A stretch of DNA of 64,000 bases from Candidatus Omnitrophota bacterium (GTDB lineage Bacteria > Omnitrophota > Gorgyraeia > Zapsychrales > JANLHA01): positions 204,996 through 268,995 of the forward strand of contig JAKLFA010000004.1 of assembly GCA_022711395.1 (NCBI GenBank), given 5' to 3'. The notes under the pieces are model-generated. The model did not search any database, had not been told where the DNA came from, and saw nothing but the letters and a program-made list of their open reading frames with translations. A program made the translations under genes and the position numbers. Positions 1-9,561 of the stretch are shown here, piece by piece (position 1 is the first letter of the stretch; each line of letters opens with the position of its first letter).

Positions 1-12
1 GCCTCGATCGAA

Positions 13-609
13 ATGAACTCTCCCCCGTTCTGCTCAAAATGCAGCCGCCCCCTCAAAAAACCGGCCCGCGCTTTTTGTCATAATTGCCAGCGTTCAAACT
101 TTCATTTTGACAACGTCTACGCGGCCTGCCGCTATAGCGAGCCCTTTCAGCGTCTACTTCATTTATATAAATACGGAAACCTCACCGCGATCCGCAAAAT
201 CTTCGCCTCGCGCATGATCGAATTCATCGACACGCACCAAATTCCCGTTAAAGACTATCAGCTTATCCTGGCGGTGCCTCTACACCCTGTGCGACAGCGT
301 GAGCGGGGGTATAATCAAAGCGAGCTGCTGGCAGCCGAATTAGCCGGGCATTACAGGATCCCTTTTCGCAACAACATCCTGAAAAGAACCCTTTACAGCC
401 CGAATCAAGCCCGAGTAAGCCCAAAACAACGCTGGACAAACGTTGAGTCGGCCTTTAAAATAGGGTCTCATAGTTGTATTACTAATACTAATATTTTACT
501 GGTGGATGACCTTATAACGACCGGGGCGACTCTTTCTTCGCTGTCCGGGGTGCTAAAAGCGGGTGGGGCCAAAAAGGTCAGCGCCCTCACAGCCGCGATC
601 GCGGAATAA
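13..609 (+). CDS. comFC: ComF-family phosphoribosyltransferase (ComFC-like); N-terminus may lie outside the window
   Basis: N-terminal CxxC...CxxC zinc finger (CSKCSRP...CHNCQ). C-terminal PRTase motif LLVDDLITTGAT. The reading frame is open back to position 1. Confidence 0.7.
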   Translation: MNSPPFCSKCSRPLKKPARAFCHNCQRSNFHFDNVYAACRYSEPFQRLLHLYKYGNLTAIRKIFASRMIEFIDTHQIPVKDYQLILAVPLHPVRQRERGYNQSELLAAELAGHYRIPFRNNILKRTLYSPNQARVSPKQRWTNVESAFKIGSHSCITNTNILLVDDLITTGATLSSLSGVLKAGGAKKVSALTAAIAE

Positions 610-611
610 TC

Positions 612-1703
612 ATGCGCATTTTACGCAATTACATCCTGAAGGAATGCATCCTCCCGTTTTTTCTGGCCCTGGCCGTCCTTTCCTGTGTTTTCTTGCTGGG
701 CTACACCGTAAAACTCGCCCACCTTGTGATCAATAAGGGCGTCCCCCTTCTGGTCGTGGGGAAAATGTTTTTGCTGTTGATCCCGGTCCTTCTGCAATAC
801 ACCATGCCCATCGCCTGTCTGATCGCCGTGATCCTGGCTTTCAGCCGGTTGTCGGCGGACAATGAGATCATCGCCATCCGCGCCAGCGGTATCCATATTC
901 AACGTCTGATCGTTCCTTTGGTCGCGGTCGGTTTCATCTTAAGCCTCGTGGCCTTTCTTCTGAATGATAAAGTCGTCCCGTTCGCTCATCACCAGCAAAA
1001 GCTGCTCGAAAAAACGCTCGGGTTTGAAAACCCCACGGCGTTGCTGGAGCCCGGAACGTTCATCAAAGCGTTCAAAGGCCAAACGATCTTCATCCACCGT
1101 GTCGAGGGAAATAAATTCTACAACATCACGATCTGGCAGCCTCAACCGGACGGACGGCCCACCCGGACAATCATTGCCAACCGGGGCGAATTCACCAAAA
1201 GCCCGGATGGAAAACAGCTGATCCTGAAATTGATCGAAGGGGTCTCAGATGAGATCGATCCTAAAAATTCAGAAAATTTTTATAAACTCAACTTTAAGAC
1301 CCTTTTTATCACGCTAAACGTCAGCACGGGCCAGGAGAAGATCGAAAAAAAACCAAAAAGCATGTCCTTAAAAGAACTTATTGAAGAACGGCATGCCCAA
1401 GAGCAGCTTCTAGTGGACACCTCCCGCCTGGAAACCGAGTATTTCCGCAAGCTGTCCTGGTCCTTTGCGCCATTGATCTTCGTGACCTTGGGATTTCCTC
1501 TAGCGGTGATCACCAACCGCCGGGAGCGTTCAGCCAATGTCATTTTGGCCATCGTGGCCGCCAGCACCTATTACCTTTTGGCTTTGACCTGTGAGGCTTT
1601 AAGCATCGAGCAAAAGGCCCCGGCGTATTTGATCATGTGGACACCAAACCTGATCGGGCTTATCGCCGCGATCTACTTCAATCACAAATTATGCGAATCG
1701 TAG
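612..1703 (+). CDS. lptF: LPS export ABC permease, LptF/LptG (YjgP/YjgQ) family
   Basis: MRILRNYILKE start typical of YjgP/YjgQ permeases. Multiple TM segments. The start lies 3 nt after the comF stop. Confidence 0.8.
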   Translation: MRILRNYILKECILPFFLALAVLSCVFLLGYTVKLAHLVINKGVPLLVVGKMFLLLIPVLLQYTMPIACLIAVILAFSRLSADNEIIAIRASGIHIQRLIVPLVAVGFILSLVAFLLNDKVVPFAHHQQKLLEKTLGFENPTALLEPGTFIKAFKGQTIFIHRVEGNKFYNITIWQPQPDGRPTRTIIANRGEFTKSPDGKQLILKLIEGVSDEIDPKNSENFYKLNFKTLFITLNVSTGQEKIEKKPKSMSLKELIEERHAQEQLLVDTSRLETEYFRKLSWSFAPLIFVTLGFPLAVITNRRERSANVILAIVAASTYYLLALTCEALSIEQKAPAYLIMWTPNLIGLIAAIYFNHKLCES

Positions 1704-2791
1704 ACCGATACATCCTGAAATCCATTGTTTTTACGTTCCTGATCACGATCTTTGTGTTCTGCCTGCTGTTCATCCTGGTCGATTCTGCCTCAAACCTCGA
1801 TGAATTCATTGACCGCAAGGCCTCGATCGAGGTCATCGCCCGATATTACCTGTCCTATCTTCCCGTGATCATCGTCCAGACCGCTTCGATCGCCTGTTTG
1901 ATCTCATGCCTTTTGACCTTCGCGAGCTTAAACACCCATAATGAACTGATCGCCCTGCGCGCCGGAGGAATGAACTTTTGGAAACTGGCGCGGCCGGCTT
2001 TGTGCTTCGGGCTGCTGATCTCAGCGGCGACATTTTATCTCAACGAGCGTTACATCCCCATGGCCGAATCCCTGGCCCGGCAGATCAAAGAAGAAAACCT
2101 CTCTCTTGATGCCGAGCAGTCCTCCAGCAAGGCAAAGATCAAGAACCTGTCTTTTTACGGCCTGAAGAACAGACTATACTTTATTGATTCTTTCGATCCG
2201 GTCACGTTCGATCTGGAGGGCGTCACGATCATCAGCTTTGACAACCTTCAGAACATCAAGGAAAAGGTCGTCGCCCTGGAGGGCTCCTGGACGGGCTTGG
2301 CATGGAAGTTCAAACAAGTCCATATCACCCCCTATCAGCAGATCGAAGAAGGCCCGACGCAGGTCAAGGTCTATGAAGAAAAGTTGATGGATATCAAAGA
2401 GACCCCGAAAGACTTCCTCCGCCAGCGCACCAATGTAAGGTTCATGAACCTGCGCCAATTGCGCGAATATATCGATCGCTTCTCCAACAGCGGAGCGATA
2501 CGGGCCGTGGATAGCCTCAAGGTCGATTTCTTTGAAAAGATCTCTTTTCCTCTGACGCCGGTGATCCTTCTTCTTCTCGGCCTGCCTCTGGTCATGGCGA
2601 CCGGAAACCGCAAAGCCCAAAATTTCGCGGCATTGGGAATCGCGATCGCGATAGGATTCTTATATTATGTCGCTAATGCTGTGGGGATCGCATTAGGAAA
2701 AGGCGGGTTTCTGCCTCCGGAAGTGGCTGCCAATATAGCGCCGTTCTTCTTCTCGCTGGCAGCCTTCTATTTCATCAGAACACACTTCTAA
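1691..2791 (+). CDS. lptG: LPS export ABC permease, LptF/LptG family, second subunit
   Basis: Internal start MRIVDRYILKS is the canonical family N-terminus. It overlaps the stop of the upstream permease. TM segments plus a periplasmic domain. Confidence 0.8.
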   Translation: MRIVDRYILKSIVFTFLITIFVFCLLFILVDSASNLDEFIDRKASIEVIARYYLSYLPVIIVQTASIACLISCLLTFASLNTHNELIALRAGGMNFWKLARPALCFGLLISAATFYLNERYIPMAESLARQIKEENLSLDAEQSSSKAKIKNLSFYGLKNRLYFIDSFDPVTFDLEGVTIISFDNLQNIKEKVVALEGSWTGLAWKFKQVHITPYQQIEEGPTQVKVYEEKLMDIKETPKDFLRQRTNVRFMNLRQLREYIDRFSNSGAIRAVDSLKVDFFEKISFPLTPVILLLLGLPLVMATGNRKAQNFAALGIAIAIGFLYYVANAVGIALGKGGFLPPEVAANIAPFFFSLAAFYFIRTHF

Positions 2792-2798
2792 TTCCGCA

Positions 2799-3983
2799 CT
2801 ACTTTTTCTTCTTATAAACTCTCGGAAGGCGATTGCCTAAAGAGCAGACGATCTCATAGTTGATGGTCTGCGCCAAGCGGGCCAGCTCATCGGCAGAAAT
2901 CTCCTGCTTTTTCTGCTTACCCAGGATAACCGCCTCATCCCCGATCCTGACCTGCCCCGCCCTGGAAACGTCTGCCACAAGCTGGTCCATGGTCACCCGG
3001 CCCAGAACGGGGCAGCGGCAACCGTTGATAAGGACCGAAGATTTATTGGAAAAAGCGCGCATGTATCCGTCGTTATAACCGATCGGCAGTGTCGCCACCC
3101 TCATTTTGTGAGGAGCAATAAATGTCTGCCCGTAACTGACGCTTTGCCCTTTTTCAATATCCTTAACATACAGGACCCTGGCCTTCACGCTCATGGCCGG
3201 ATTCAATTTCAGAATTGCACTGGTCTTTTCAGACGGATAAAGACCGTAAAGCATCAGGCCCGGACGGACCAGGTTGAAGACCGATGCCTCAAAACCACCG
3301 AGGCCGGCGCTGTTGGCGGCATGAGCATAAGGGATCACTTCCCCGTTCTGGTCCAGGGCCAGGATCAGCTGCTTGAATTGATGGATCTGATGCTGAGTGA
3401 AGGTTGTATTCGTATCCGCGACGGGAAAGTGGGTATAAACCCCTTCGACCTTCACATGCGGAAGCTTTCTCACATGATGGATAAAGTCAGCCGCCTGCGT
3501 GTGCCAAACCCCGAGCCTGCCCATGCCGGTATCGACCTTGATGTGGACCACCGCCTTTTTTCTGAGCGAACGGGCGCAGGTGTTCAAGCTTTCGGCTGCC
3601 ACGCGCGTGCAGACCGTGGCGGTCAGATCATGATCCACAATATCCCTGATCTGGTTCGCCAAAGGACTTTCCAGGACAAGGATCGGCTTTTTAATCCCAT
3701 GCCGCCTTAATGTTATGCCTTCATGAACTTCCGAAACACCGAAAAGATCCACACCCAGCTTCTTGATCTGATCCACGACCTGAAGCATGCCATGCCCATA
3801 ACCATCCGCCTTGACGACAGCCAGGACCTTGGGGCTCTGCAGGCTGGTTTCTGGGACAGCCGCCACATCGCGGCATTCTATCTTCTTCTTATTGGCGAGC
3901 TTCTGGATGGCTGAAAAATTATGCCTGATCGCGTCTAAATCGACCTCGACCCAGGCAGTATGTTTATGCTTTTTAACAGGCAC
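2799..3983 (-). CDS. alr: alanine racemase
   Basis: VKADGYGHG PLP-lysine motif and overall Alr architecture. Confidence 0.85.
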   Translation of the reverse strand: MPVKKHKHTAWVEVDLDAIRHNFSAIQKLANKKKIECRDVAAVPETSLQSPKVLAVVKADGYGHGMLQVVDQIKKLGVDLFGVSEVHEGITLRRHGIKKPILVLESPLANQIRDIVDHDLTATVCTRVAAESLNTCARSLRKKAVVHIKVDTGMGRLGVWHTQAADFIHHVRKLPHVKVEGVYTHFPVADTNTTFTQHQIHQFKQLILALDQNGEVIPYAHAANSAGLGGFEASVFNLVRPGLMLYGLYPSEKTSAILKLNPAMSVKARVLYVKDIEKGQSVSYGQTFIAPHKMRVATLPIGYNDGYMRAFSNKSSVLINGCRCPVLGRVTMDQLVADVSRAGQVRIGDEAVILGKQKKQEISADELARLAQTINYEIVCSLGNRLPRVYKKKK

Positions 3984-4022
3984 ATCCGTCTCCTTTGCAT
4001 ATGCGCGGCTTCCAAAGCCGTT

Positions 4023-4718
4023 CTATCTTTTGACCTGACAATCCTGCGGATAAAGGTAAAGAGGAACCAGCGTGTTAATGTTGTCCGCGTCCTTTTTCTC
4101 AAAACGAGGCAACGCCAGCAAAGCGATCTGCCTTGCCGAAGGATACCAAAATTTTTCATCAAGGAAGGCCGGCTTGAACCCCGCGTTCCTGACCTTTGCC
4201 CTGCGGACGATCTCATCCTTATGGATCAAGATCCCGTCTCCGGCAAAAACGACCCTGCCGCCCATCTTACTTAGAAGATCATCCAGGCCGGTCAATAGGA
4301 ATTCTGAACACCGCGCGTTCTGCCCATCCTTGCGCTCATAAAGGGCGCTATAGACCATGTCCCGTTTGGCGTCAACGATCACGCACAGCTGTTCTTTTTC
4401 CTTGAGTTTGATCGATGCGGCGATCGCATCAAAACTGGCAACCCCCACCACCGGCTTGTTAAGGGCCAACGCCAACCCTTTGACCGTGGCAAAGCCAACA
4501 CGCAAGCTGGTGAAAGATCCCGGACCCAGTCCGACCGCGATCCCGTCGATATCTTGGGGCTTAAGACGCGCCGCCTTAAAAACGGCCTTAAGTGCGGGGA
4601 TCATCTTGGATGACAGAACCTTGTCATTCTTGATCACGCGCAAAGCCAGGACGTTCTGCCCATCCATTAGCCCGACGCTGAAATGTTTACTGGATGTATC
4701 GAGAGATAAGATTTTCAT
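4023..4718 (-). CDS. tsaB: tRNA t6A biosynthesis protein TsaB (YeaZ)
   Basis: MKILSLDTSS... inactive Kae1/YgjD-like fold. ATG confirmed at 4716-4718. Confidence 0.8.
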   Translation of the reverse strand: MKILSLDTSSKHFSVGLMDGQNVLALRVIKNDKVLSSKMIPALKAVFKAARLKPQDIDGIAVGLGPGSFTSLRVGFATVKGLALALNKPVVGVASFDAIAASIKLKEKEQLCVIVDAKRDMVYSALYERKDGQNARCSEFLLTGLDDLLSKMGGRVVFAGDGILIHKDEIVRRAKVRNAGFKPAFLDEKFWYPSARQIALLALPRFEKKDADNINTLVPLYLYPQDCQVKR

Positions 4719-4726
4719 ATTCTTGA

Positions 4727-5197
4727 TCACCTGATCCTGACCGCGCTCAGGAGCTGTTCATAGCGTTCTCCAACCGCCTTAAGCCGTATGTCGCGCACAT
4801 CCTCTCCGGTGTGCTCTAAATAAATATCCAGCCGCTCTTTAGGAAGCAGGGGGCCTAAGCGCTCTGACCACTCAATAATGGAAACGCCGCTGCCATAAAA
4901 AAATTCTTCGTATCCAATGTCAAACAGTTCTTGTTCTCTTTCCAAACGGTAAAGATCAAAATGAAAAATCGTCCTCTTGGCCTGGTCATAAACGTTGAGA
5001 AACACAAAAGTCGGGCTCGTCACGTCCTCTTCATGAGCCCCTAACCCGGACGCCAGCCCCTTAACCAGCGTCGTCTTTCCGCTGCCGAGATCTCCGAACA
5101 AACAAATAACATCCCCCGGCTTAACGAGTTTCGCCAGACGCTTGCCGATGTCCCGCGTTTCTTTGAATGATTGAGTGATAAATTGAAGTTGTTTCAT
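4727..5197 (-). CDS. tsaE: tRNA t6A biosynthesis ATPase TsaE (YjeE)
   Basis: P-loop GDLGSGKTT and YjeE-like length. Adjacent to tsaB. Confidence 0.8.
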   Translation of the reverse strand: MKQLQFITQSFKETRDIGKRLAKLVKPGDVICLFGDLGSGKTTLVKGLASGLGAHEEDVTSPTFVFLNVYDQAKRTIFHFDLYRLEREQELFDIGYEEFFYGSGVSIIEWSERLGPLLPKERLDIYLEHTGEDVRDIRLKAVGERYEQLLSAVRIR

Positions 5198-5218
5198 GCC
5201 CTTACGGCCGCCATACGG

Positions 5219-6124
5219 TTAAAAATGTTCAAACCCCTTGGGCTCGATCTGTCGCTTGCGCCCTTTTTCATCCACCAAGAACATTCCCGGCTTCGAACAG
5301 ATCGTTCCGATCTCAAAAAACCTGTATTTTTTACAGCGTCTCAAGGCATCCGCTTTCTGCGCGGGGACCGTAAAAAGCAGCTCAAAATCCTCACCATCAT
5401 GAAGGGCCTGATCCAAACTTGCGTCCTTAGCCAACGGAATATCCGTCGTCCGGATCACCGCCCCGAATCCGCTTTGCTCTAAAATATGGCCGAGATCTCC
5501 CGCCAGCCCGTCTGAAACATCAATCATGGCGTTGGGCCGGGCATGTTCGAGCAAATACTGCGCCTCGTTCACTCTCGGTGTGAAACAAGCGTGTTTACGG
5601 TTCTTGAACGAATTGCCGAGGCTGCCGGTCACAAAGATACAATCTCCCTTTTTGGCGCCGGCGCGATAGATCACCTGGTCCTTCTTTACCTTTCCAAGAA
5701 GGGCAACGTTGATGATCAGACGGTTGGACCGCGTCATATCCCCGCCCACCAGGCTGACATGATATTCCTTCGCCAGATCGTTGAAACCTTGTCCGATGTC
5801 CTCCAAAAAAGACCGGGAGGTATTATACGGTGCTCCGGTCGACACGACCGCGTATGTCGGGATGCCTCCCATGGCCGCGATATCACTGATCGAGCAGGCG
5901 AGCGCTTTTCGCCCGATCTCCTGTGGCGCCATGATCGTCCGCAAAAAATGAACTCCTTCAATGAGCATGTCCGTAGTGTAAAGCAGGTAGTCCTTCCCCC
6001 CGCAGTCCAGAACAGCCGCGTCATCCCCCACTCCCTTGATCACGCCCTCCTCGGTATGCGCCCGTGCAGCGATCCGGTCAATGAACCCAAACTCACCGAT
6101 ATCCGCAAGAGTTTGAATGGCCAT
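5219..6124 (-). CDS. thiL: thiamine-monophosphate kinase (PurM-like)
   Basis: N-terminal IGEFGFIDRI...GDDAAVL motif typical of ThiL. Confidence 0.75.
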   Translation of the reverse strand: MAIQTLADIGEFGFIDRIAARAHTEEGVIKGVGDDAAVLDCGGKDYLLYTTDMLIEGVHFLRTIMAPQEIGRKALACSISDIAAMGGIPTYAVVSTGAPYNTSRSFLEDIGQGFNDLAKEYHVSLVGGDMTRSNRLIINVALLGKVKKDQVIYRAGAKKGDCIFVTGSLGNSFKNRKHACFTPRVNEAQYLLEHARPNAMIDVSDGLAGDLGHILEQSGFGAVIRTTDIPLAKDASLDQALHDGEDFELLFTVPAQKADALRRCKKYRFFEIGTICSKPGMFLVDEKGRKRQIEPKGFEHF

Positions 6125-6145
6125 TGGGAACTCCTTTATTGAGAT

Positions 6146-7180
6146 TTATGAAAATATTTTTTTGATCGTTTTGTTAAAAGGCTTTTTTATAATGCCGCGC
6201 TCCGTCACAAATGCTGTGATCAGATCATGAGGGGTCACATCAAAGGCCGGGTTGAACACCGACACCGTTTTAGGGGCGATCGGACGCCCAGCCAGCTGAC
6301 GAACCTCTTGAGGGTCGCGCTCTTCGATCGGAATGTCGTTCCCTTTCAAGATCGCAAGATCGAACGTGGTCCGCGGGGCCACAACATAAAACGGGATCCT
6401 GTGATGTTTTGCCAGGACCGCCAGACCATAGGTTCCGATCTTATTGGCGGCATCACCATTGGCGGCGATCCGGTCCGCTCCGGTAAAGACCGCCCGGATG
6501 CCTTTGTCCCTCATTACGACAGAGGCCATGTTATCGGTGATCAGGGTCGTAGCAATACGCGCGTGGGTCAATTCCCAAGCCGTCAAGCGGGCGCCCTGCA
6601 AAAGCGGCCGTGTTTCGCAAGCGAAAACCTCAAATCGTTTGTCCGCCTTTTGAGCGGAATAAAAAACCCCTAAAGCCGTCCCATAGTCGACAGTGGCCAG
6701 GGCGCCAGCGTTGCAAATGGTCATCAGCCGGTCCCCGTTACGGATCAATCTCGCCCCATGATCCCCCATCGCGCGGCAGACCGCCCGGTCCGTCTCATAA
6801 ATTTCGAACGCCTTTTTCCGGATCACATCCTTTAATTTCGTAACAGAAGCTGACGGATATAACCAAGGCACCATGCGCATCGCTTCAAGTGAATGAAAAA
6901 GATTCACTGCCGTAGGGCGAGAGGTGGCAAGATAATCACAAACCTTGTTTAAGGAACTGATAAAAAGCTCTCGATCTTCCCCTTTAAAATCTTGCGTCCC
7001 CATCAGGACCCCGAACGCCGCAGCCGCACCCAACGCCGGCGCCCCACGAACCTCCAGCCGGCGGATCGCCAGCCAAAGCGTCCTTAACAAGCGGCAATCC
7101 TTATAAACCAGTTTTTGCGGAAGCTTCGTCTGATCGATAATACGAACGGCCTTATTTTTGAATTGGATCGTCTTGATCAT
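6146..7180 (-). CDS. mtnA: S-methyl-5-thioribose-1-phosphate isomerase / eIF-2B-like family
   Basis: GAPALGAAAAFG motif and eIF-2B alpha/beta/delta family architecture. Confidence 0.7.
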   Translation of the reverse strand: MIKTIQFKNKAVRIIDQTKLPQKLVYKDCRLLRTLWLAIRRLEVRGAPALGAAAAFGVLMGTQDFKGEDRELFISSLNKVCDYLATSRPTAVNLFHSLEAMRMVPWLYPSASVTKLKDVIRKKAFEIYETDRAVCRAMGDHGARLIRNGDRLMTICNAGALATVDYGTALGVFYSAQKADKRFEVFACETRPLLQGARLTAWELTHARIATTLITDNMASVVMRDKGIRAVFTGADRIAANGDAANKIGTYGLAVLAKHHRIPFYVVAPRTTFDLAILKGNDIPIEERDPQEVRQLAGRPIAPKTVSVFNPAFDVTPHDLITAFVTERGIIKKPFNKTIKKIFS

Positions 7181-8688
7181 GTTTTCTCTGTTTCGATCCG
7201 CGGAAAAAGCGGTTCATGGGCCTTCAATTGGACGCCGGGCTTAAGGCCTCCCCATAAAATGTCCGCGCGGTCATCGCCCAGAACATCCAAGACCTGACGG
7301 GTCTTTTCCGGCATCACCGGGCTCAAGAACACCGCAGCGATCCGCAGCGCCTCGGTCGCGGTATAAAGGATCGTCCCCGTTCGAGCGAGATCTGTTTTGA
7401 CGACTTTCCAGGGAGCCTGCCGTTCAATATAGGTATTGACATTTCTGACCAGTGCCATGGTCTGTTCGATCGCATCATGAATACGCATCTGGCCGATCAG
7501 ATCTGGAATCTTCTCCGGAAGAGTGCGGCTTGCGAAATCCTGAATTTGCTCGTCCTCCACAAGACGTTGCGCGGGCTGCGGGACGGTCCCGCCAAAATAT
7601 TTCCCGATCAAACCGCTTACACGGTTCAAAAGGTTCCCGAAATCATTGGCCAGATCGCTGTTATACCTTTTCACAAAAGATTCGACCGAAAAATTCGAGT
7701 CCATCCCCAGCACCATCTCGCGCATCAGGTAATACCGCACCGCATCCACGCCGTATTCATCAACCAGCCCTAATGGATCAACGATATTCCCCAGCGACTT
7801 GCTCATCTTGGTGTCCCCGGTGAGCCACCATCCATGGGCAAAGATCATCCGCGGCAGCTCGACGCCCAGTGAAAAGAGCATCGTCGGCCAATAGATCGCA
7901 TGCGTCATCAGGATGTCTTTACCGATCAGCTGAACGGTCACCGGCCACCATTCCCGAAAGCGCGCTTCATCCGACCCCCACCCCATGGCAGAGATGTAAT
8001 TCATTAACGCGTCGAACCAGACATAAGTCACATAATCCTTATCGAATGGGAGTTCGATCCCCCAGCTTAACCGGGATTTCGGCCGTGAAATGCACAGGTC
8101 CCCCAAAGGCTGGCGCAAAAATCCCAAGATCTCATTGCGCCGGCTTTCGGGCTGGATAAAGCCGGGATTGTTTTCAACATGATCGATCAGACGATTCTGA
8201 TACTTGCTCATACGGAAAAAATAATTCTTTTCCTTAAGTTTTTTGACATCCCGGAACTGCCCAGACTGCATTTCAGTCTCGGTGATGAACCGTTCTTCCG
8301 CGACTGAATACCATCCTTCATATTCATCAGCATAGACATCTCCGTTGTCAAAGACCTTCTGCAAGGCCAACTGAACGATCCTCTTATGCCGGTCTTCCGT
8401 TGTGCGTATAAAATCATCATACTGGATCTCAAGCCGCTGCCACAGCGTCTTAAACCGCGGAGCCATCTCATCGGCATGGAGTTGAGGCTCAAGCCCCCGT
8501 TTCTCAGCGGCCTGCTGGACTTTCTGCCCGTGTTCATCCACGCCGGTAAGAAAAAAAGACTTCTGCCCCTGCGTGCGGTGATACCGTGTCAGGACATCCG
8601 CCAGGATCGTCGTGTAGGCATGACCGATATGGGGCTTGTCATTGACGTAATAGATCGGGGTCGTTACATAAAAATGATTGTCCTGCAT
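7177..8688 (-). CDS. metG: methionyl-tRNA synthetase (short form, no C-terminal tRNA-binding domain)
   Basis: HIGH-type motif PHIGHAYT and KMSKS motif. 503 aa. Confidence 0.9.
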   Translation of the reverse strand: MQDNHFYVTTPIYYVNDKPHIGHAYTTILADVLTRYHRTQGQKSFFLTGVDEHGQKVQQAAEKRGLEPQLHADEMAPRFKTLWQRLEIQYDDFIRTTEDRHKRIVQLALQKVFDNGDVYADEYEGWYSVAEERFITETEMQSGQFRDVKKLKEKNYFFRMSKYQNRLIDHVENNPGFIQPESRRNEILGFLRQPLGDLCISRPKSRLSWGIELPFDKDYVTYVWFDALMNYISAMGWGSDEARFREWWPVTVQLIGKDILMTHAIYWPTMLFSLGVELPRMIFAHGWWLTGDTKMSKSLGNIVDPLGLVDEYGVDAVRYYLMREMVLGMDSNFSVESFVKRYNSDLANDFGNLLNRVSGLIGKYFGGTVPQPAQRLVEDEQIQDFASRTLPEKIPDLIGQMRIHDAIEQTMALVRNVNTYIERQAPWKVVKTDLARTGTILYTATEALRIAAVFLSPVMPEKTRQVLDVLGDDRADILWGGLKPGVQLKAHEPLFPRIETEKT

Positions 8689-8691
8689 AGC

Positions 8692-9561
8692 CTATCCCTC
8701 GTCTCCATTCATAACGATATCATCGTCCTGTCCGATCAATTCTTCTTCCGCCGTCTCCGACGGCCCTGTTTCAGCCGCAGGATATTCGATCCTGACCGTT
8801 TTTCCTTCCAGCAGATCGATCACGGCAAACCGCTTCAGGATGTTCACGTCCCGGACGCGGCCGCGGCCATCAGGCGTCGTGACCTTATCCCCTACCCGGG
8901 GAAGCCCTTTGGAAAGTTCACGGTAGACCTTAAATTCGTAGGCCATGCAACACTTGATGCGGCCGCACACCCCTGAGATCCTTGATGGGTTTAGTGGCAG
9001 CGCCTGGTCTTTGGCCATCTTGATGGACAGGGGGAAAAATTTCTTGATATAACACGAACAGCACAACTCGCAGCCGCACACGCCAAAACCTTTGACCATC
9101 TTCGCCTTGTCTCTTACAGGGATCTGCCGCAGCTCGATGCGGACACGGAAGATCTTGGCCAGATCTTTGACCAGGGCACGAAAATCCACGCGCTGGTCCG
9201 CCGTGAAATAAAAAATGATCTTGCTGCAATCAAACGTGTATTCCGCCTTAAAGATCCTCATATCCAGTTTGCGCTCGTTGACCTTGCGGACGCAAGCGTT
9301 GATCGCGTCTTTGGCCTTGCCGAGATTGTTGCTGATCTGGTTACGGTCCCCTTCTGTGACCTTTCGCAAGATCTTTCCGACCGGTTTAATGGCCTCATCC
9401 AAATTCTCTTCGTGTTCCGGATGGGACACGACGCGCCCAAATTCCGTGCCGCGGTCCACTTCCAAGATCACATAATCATCCCGGAGGCATTCCACGCCGT
9501 TAAGTTCAGCGTATTCCACCGGTCTAAAATGTCCAAGTTGGACCTGTACTAATTTGCCCAT
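8692..9561 (-). CDS. ricT: PSP1 C-terminal domain protein (YaaT/RicT-like)
   Basis: PSP1-type sequence with cysteine-rich segment. Conserved position upstream of holB-tmk as in Bacillus yaaT. Confidence 0.7.
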   Translation of the reverse strand: MGKLVQVQLGHFRPVEYAELNGVECLRDDYVILEVDRGTEFGRVVSHPEHEENLDEAIKPVGKILRKVTEGDRNQISNNLGKAKDAINACVRKVNERKLDMRIFKAEYTFDCSKIIFYFTADQRVDFRALVKDLAKIFRVRIELRQIPVRDKAKMVKGFGVCGCELCCSCYIKKFFPLSIKMAKDQALPLNPSRISGVCGRIKCCMAYEFKVYRELSKGLPRVGDKVTTPDGRGRVRDVNILKRFAVIDLLEGKTVRIEYPAAETGPSETAEEELIGQDDDIVMNGDEG

